Source: Octopus sinensis (Eukaryota). Taken from it: DNA of 11,766 nt. The DNA lies in contig NW_021826881.1 of NCBI RefSeq assembly GCF_006345805.1, positions 1-11,766 on the forward strand, read 5' to 3'. This document shows positions 8,407 to 11,766 of the stretch, piece after piece; position 1 is the stretch's first letter, and every line of letters begins with the position of its first letter. The notes beneath the pieces are model-generated. The model was given only the letters and a program-made list of their open reading frames with translations. It made no database searches and was not told the origin of the DNA. Both the position numbers and the translations under genes were made by a program.

Positions 8407-8410
8407 GCTG

Positions 8411-8457
<47 letters not shown>
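8302..8457. repeat. Compound trinucleotide (GCT)n(ACT)14(AAT)14 ACT(GCT)2(ACT)15
   Basis: Counted from the sequence and consistent with the poly-T/poly-N ORF translation. Confidence 0.95.
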
Positions 8458-8547
8458 GATACCATTACGATTTAAATTCCAGACACACGCTCATACTTGC
8501 CTATTCATAAGCAAACTTAATAGTAAATTGACTCCAACGATGGGCAC

Positions 8548-8797
8548 GTGGTGGCGGTTGTGGTGGTGGTGGTGACGCCGGTGGTGGTGTTGACGATGGT
8601 GATGACCCTTGCGATCGTAATAGTGGTTGTTGGTTATGGTAGTGGTAATACTGAACGTGGTGGTGGCGGAGATGATGGAGGCGAGAGGAGTGGATAATGG
8701 TACAGAGGTGGTGGTAGTGATGACGGTGGTGATGATAGTGATGACGGTGGTGATAGTGGTGGTGGTTGTGGTGGTGTTAGTGGCGGCGGTGTGGGCG
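8548..8797. repeat. Degenerate (GGT/GAT)n low-complexity tract
   Basis: Read directly from the sequence. Confidence 0.85.
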
Positions 8798-8984
8798 GGA
8801 ACCTTAACACACTCGGCTGAATCTCACTATTTGTCGTTCTTAACCCAGACGTGCACGGTTCAAATTACCATTTTCCACGTTCCTGGGTTTACAAGAATAT
8901 AAATAAAAAACAAAAACAAAAAAAAGTAAAAGGAAACGGCTATTTGAGTGTGCAACAGGCGAGACGATGTAAAACATCCTGTCT

Positions 8985-9463
8985 ACTACCACCACTTCCA
9001 TCACCACACCACTATCACCACCACCACCACCACCACCAACACTATTACCATCACAAACACCGGGATTTCCACCCTCCTAACCTTCATAAACCGCACCACC
9101 ACCACCATCACCACCATCGCCACCATGACCACTACCACCCCTACCACCATCATCACCTTCACCACCAACGACAACAACCTACCACAGGTACCATTAACGC
9201 TATCACAACCATCGACACCATTAGCAGTGTCACTATTACCATTACCATCATAATCTCAACCACCATCAACCACCACCACCACCACCGCCATCTTTACCGT
9301 TAGCCATACCATGGCACCACCACCACCAATACTACTACTACATCTACTATCAACTTCACAACAACTGCCGCTGCTATTACTACCACTATTACAATTTCTA
9401 CTACCATTACAACCGCCACCTCCATTGCATTACTTCAACCCTCCACCACCAACAACTACCACC
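8985..9463. repeat. Degenerate (ACC/ATC/ACT)n low-complexity tract
   Basis: Read directly from the sequence. It is the source of the poly-His and poly-Thr ORFs. Confidence 0.85.
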
Positions 9464-9589
9464 AGGTATTTCCTGAATTGAGTATGACAGGAAATCCTTC
9501 CCCTTACCCCCATTGACCTTCCCACACTTCTACAAACGATACAGGCACCCTCCTATACAAATGACATAACACTCCATACACACACGCAT

Positions 9590-9594
<5 letters not shown>

Positions 9595-9638
<44 letters not shown>
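9595..9638. repeat. (CA)22 microsatellite
   Basis: Read directly from the sequence. Confidence 0.95.
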
Positions 9639-9640
<2 letters not shown>

Positions 9641-10825
9641 CACATATACGTCCTTCTAGACAATACTGTTCATGTTCAACCCTAATTAAATCCCCTAAAG
9701 ACATGGGCTCCACTACGACATTTTGTAAAGTAACCCCTACCGAATAACCTGTCTCTCTTCTACTCAGCATTTTCAGAGGATATCTGACTATAGAACCAAG
9801 CATTTTACTCAATAACATAAGTACATAAGTGTACCACACATACATACAGAAAAATACAAAGACTTACATAGATTACAGCTACTGCATGCACAACGCACAT
9901 AGAGGACAATAAAGATTGGCAAAACTGTAGAAATGTACTACAACTATAGTTCTCATCTATTTCTTTCGTATGTACCCCTTTAATTATTATTTTATTCCGG
10001 TGGACCCCCCCCCCATATCCATTCGATATTTAAAAACTAGTTTTATAGATGACATTCTTGATTTTAAAATTATTGCATGGTTCTAAGAATTTAAGAAGTG
10101 GAACGTAGAATTACTTGAAAGTCAAACTGGCTTGAGAACAGCCACTCCGATATATAGGGCTCGCACTTACGGACAACCATCTACGCTCTGATAGCGTTGA
10201 GCAGGGATGTATTACGGGGGCCAAGAACGCCAGAGGTCTCCACTGCCACAGGTTCGACCATAAACTTGTAAGAGAGCGAAAATAGATACCTTTATAGATA
10301 CATCTTTCAAAATTCCTATTTTGTTTTTCACCCATTCACTTATATAAGTTTGTGATGGTACCCTCCCAGAGAATTTGTTTTAGTGGCTGAAACATGTAAA
10401 AATTTCAAAATAAAGTTGGGAAGCAAGTTTCTTTATTTCATATAATTAGCCACAAGGGCATCACACAGATGGAAGCTTTGCGGGCTGGACGCGGACATTA
10501 ATGGTATGAATGATGGTGATGATGATGATGATGATGGGAGAAGACGAAAGGCGCCCGCCGACTTTTGCTTCTCTAAAACAATGTTCTTTTTTTCCTTCCC
10601 CCCCCCAAAAAAAAAAAAACACAATGAGGCAATAAACCTCTTACTTAAACAACACAATGTTCAGAATTCTTTTTTTCTTTTTTAAAACACACAAAAAGTC
10701 CCATATTTCACATTTTCTAGACTCGTTCAGGTTATCGGGCCGGCCAGTATCCTTGCTTCATTGAAGCATCTACTCGGTTCCAGGCCGGACCACACAGGTG
10801 TATATCTGTAGGAGTCCTCCGGGAA

Positions 10826-10883
10826 GGAATTTATGATCCTGCACAGGGAAGCAAGTTTCTTACCACACAGCCACCTTTGCGCC
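10826..10883 (-). mobile_element. Isolated tRNA-like SINE head (same family as 6157)
   Basis: Minus strand GGCGCAAAGGTGGCTGTGTGGTAAGAAACTTGCTTCCC resembles GGCGCAAGCATGGTTGTGTGGTTAAGAAGGTCGCTTTCC at 6157. Confidence 0.65.
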
Positions 10884-11161
10884 TGTTTGTACACAGACAA
10901 CACACATACAAACCACCTGCACAGAGAAACAAAAATATTAAATACTAAAGACCACCGTGACCCGCGAGAAGCACAGTTTGATGCTCCTGCAAGCTTTAAC
11001 GTCCACCACGTTCATCACAACAGTTACAAAAAAAAAACATAAGGAAACAAAACGTCTAACAGACATTATTACTGCAATATTGTAAAAGCAGTATCTCTTC
11101 CACCCAACTCGTACGGGCATAACAAGCTCATACAGATGTCGATGTAGTTGCGACATCTATA

Positions 11162-11372
11162 CGAGGGAGTGCTGAAAAGTTCCTGGCTTTGGGCAAAAAC
11201 AAAAAAAATACAGGAGGATATGATTTTATTCAAGGTATTCTTCTCTCAGAATCACACAATTATTCCTGTGGTCCTTCAGTTTTCTAAGCCCTGTAAAAGA
11301 ACTCGGAAAGTTGGGCCGCCAGCCAGGCCTTTCGCGACACCCTTAAGTCCAGAAATATTTCAGCATTCCTCG
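11162..11372 (-). mobile_element. 211-bp mariner-derived MITE / internal-deletion derivative
   Basis: TIRs CGAGGGAGTGCTGAAAAGTTCCTGGCTT (11162-11189) and reverse complement CGAGGAATGCTGAAATATTTCTGGACTT (11345-11372) match at 23 of 29 columns. TA lies on the left and TG on the right. The interior reads on minus, allowing two indels, as a mariner C-terminus (KAWLAAQLSEF.LQGL.KLKDHRNNCVILREEYLE*). Confidence 0.82.
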
Positions 11373-11766
11373 TGGTTTCACGGGACCATTAAGACTACAG
11401 TGTGACACACAAATACAGTGAAAAGTAGTTATTGCGTTATAACCGTTCTCATTGGTTTGTGTGTTACACTTATAACTGTGTCCATCTTGCCCGCCTCTCC
11501 CGTGGTAACCATTGGGTATTTTTTAAATTTACTTTTAGTCAAGGGAGAAGGCAGTATTCCTAATCTTCTATAGGATCCTCGAGACATGTGAGGAGAAAGG
11601 CATCTTCGAATCTGGCAACTGGGTCCAAATACTTGCAAACATAGTGGACTCTGTTAAAGGCATCCAAGGACCGTTTGGTGGTGTAAGAATGGGCGAGGTA
11701 TTAAGACTACTACGTGCGTGTATGTGTTTGTGTTTGTGTATTTATGTGTGTGTAGCTACCAACTAT

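Noticed and set aside
8212-9303. Poly-Thr/Asn, poly-Val and poly-His ORFs as mucin-like or His-rich proteins
   Set aside because: They are open in several frames because of trinucleotide repeats, with no splice or domain support.
10111-10660. Short ORFs 10111-10335 and 10433-10657
   Set aside because: No recognisable motifs; the second contains a (GAT)n repeat and homopolymer runs.

Overview
This is AT-rich, microsatellite-saturated eukaryotic intergenic or intronic DNA. The SINE and mariner repertoire resembles my recollection of Octopus genomes, which I could not verify. No host protein-coding gene can be supported, and nearly all listed ORFs are translations of simple repeats. Contents: (1) a degenerate satellite at 1-925 with a 159-bp tandem duplication; (2) a full-length 1278-bp mariner (D,D34D) transposon at 4348-5625 whose transposase is broken only by two 1-nt deletions in homopolymer runs; (3) a 3' fragment of a second mariner and a 211-bp mariner-derived MITE; (4) several tRNA-derived SINE copies; (5) many microsatellites. 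The least obvious signal is a cluster of type I hammerhead-ribozyme motifs of the Penelope-like/retrozyme kind at 2.0-3.5 kb. One (3388-3481, minus) has an intact core and a 63-nt extended helix II, and a second lies 244 nt downstream on the same strand.
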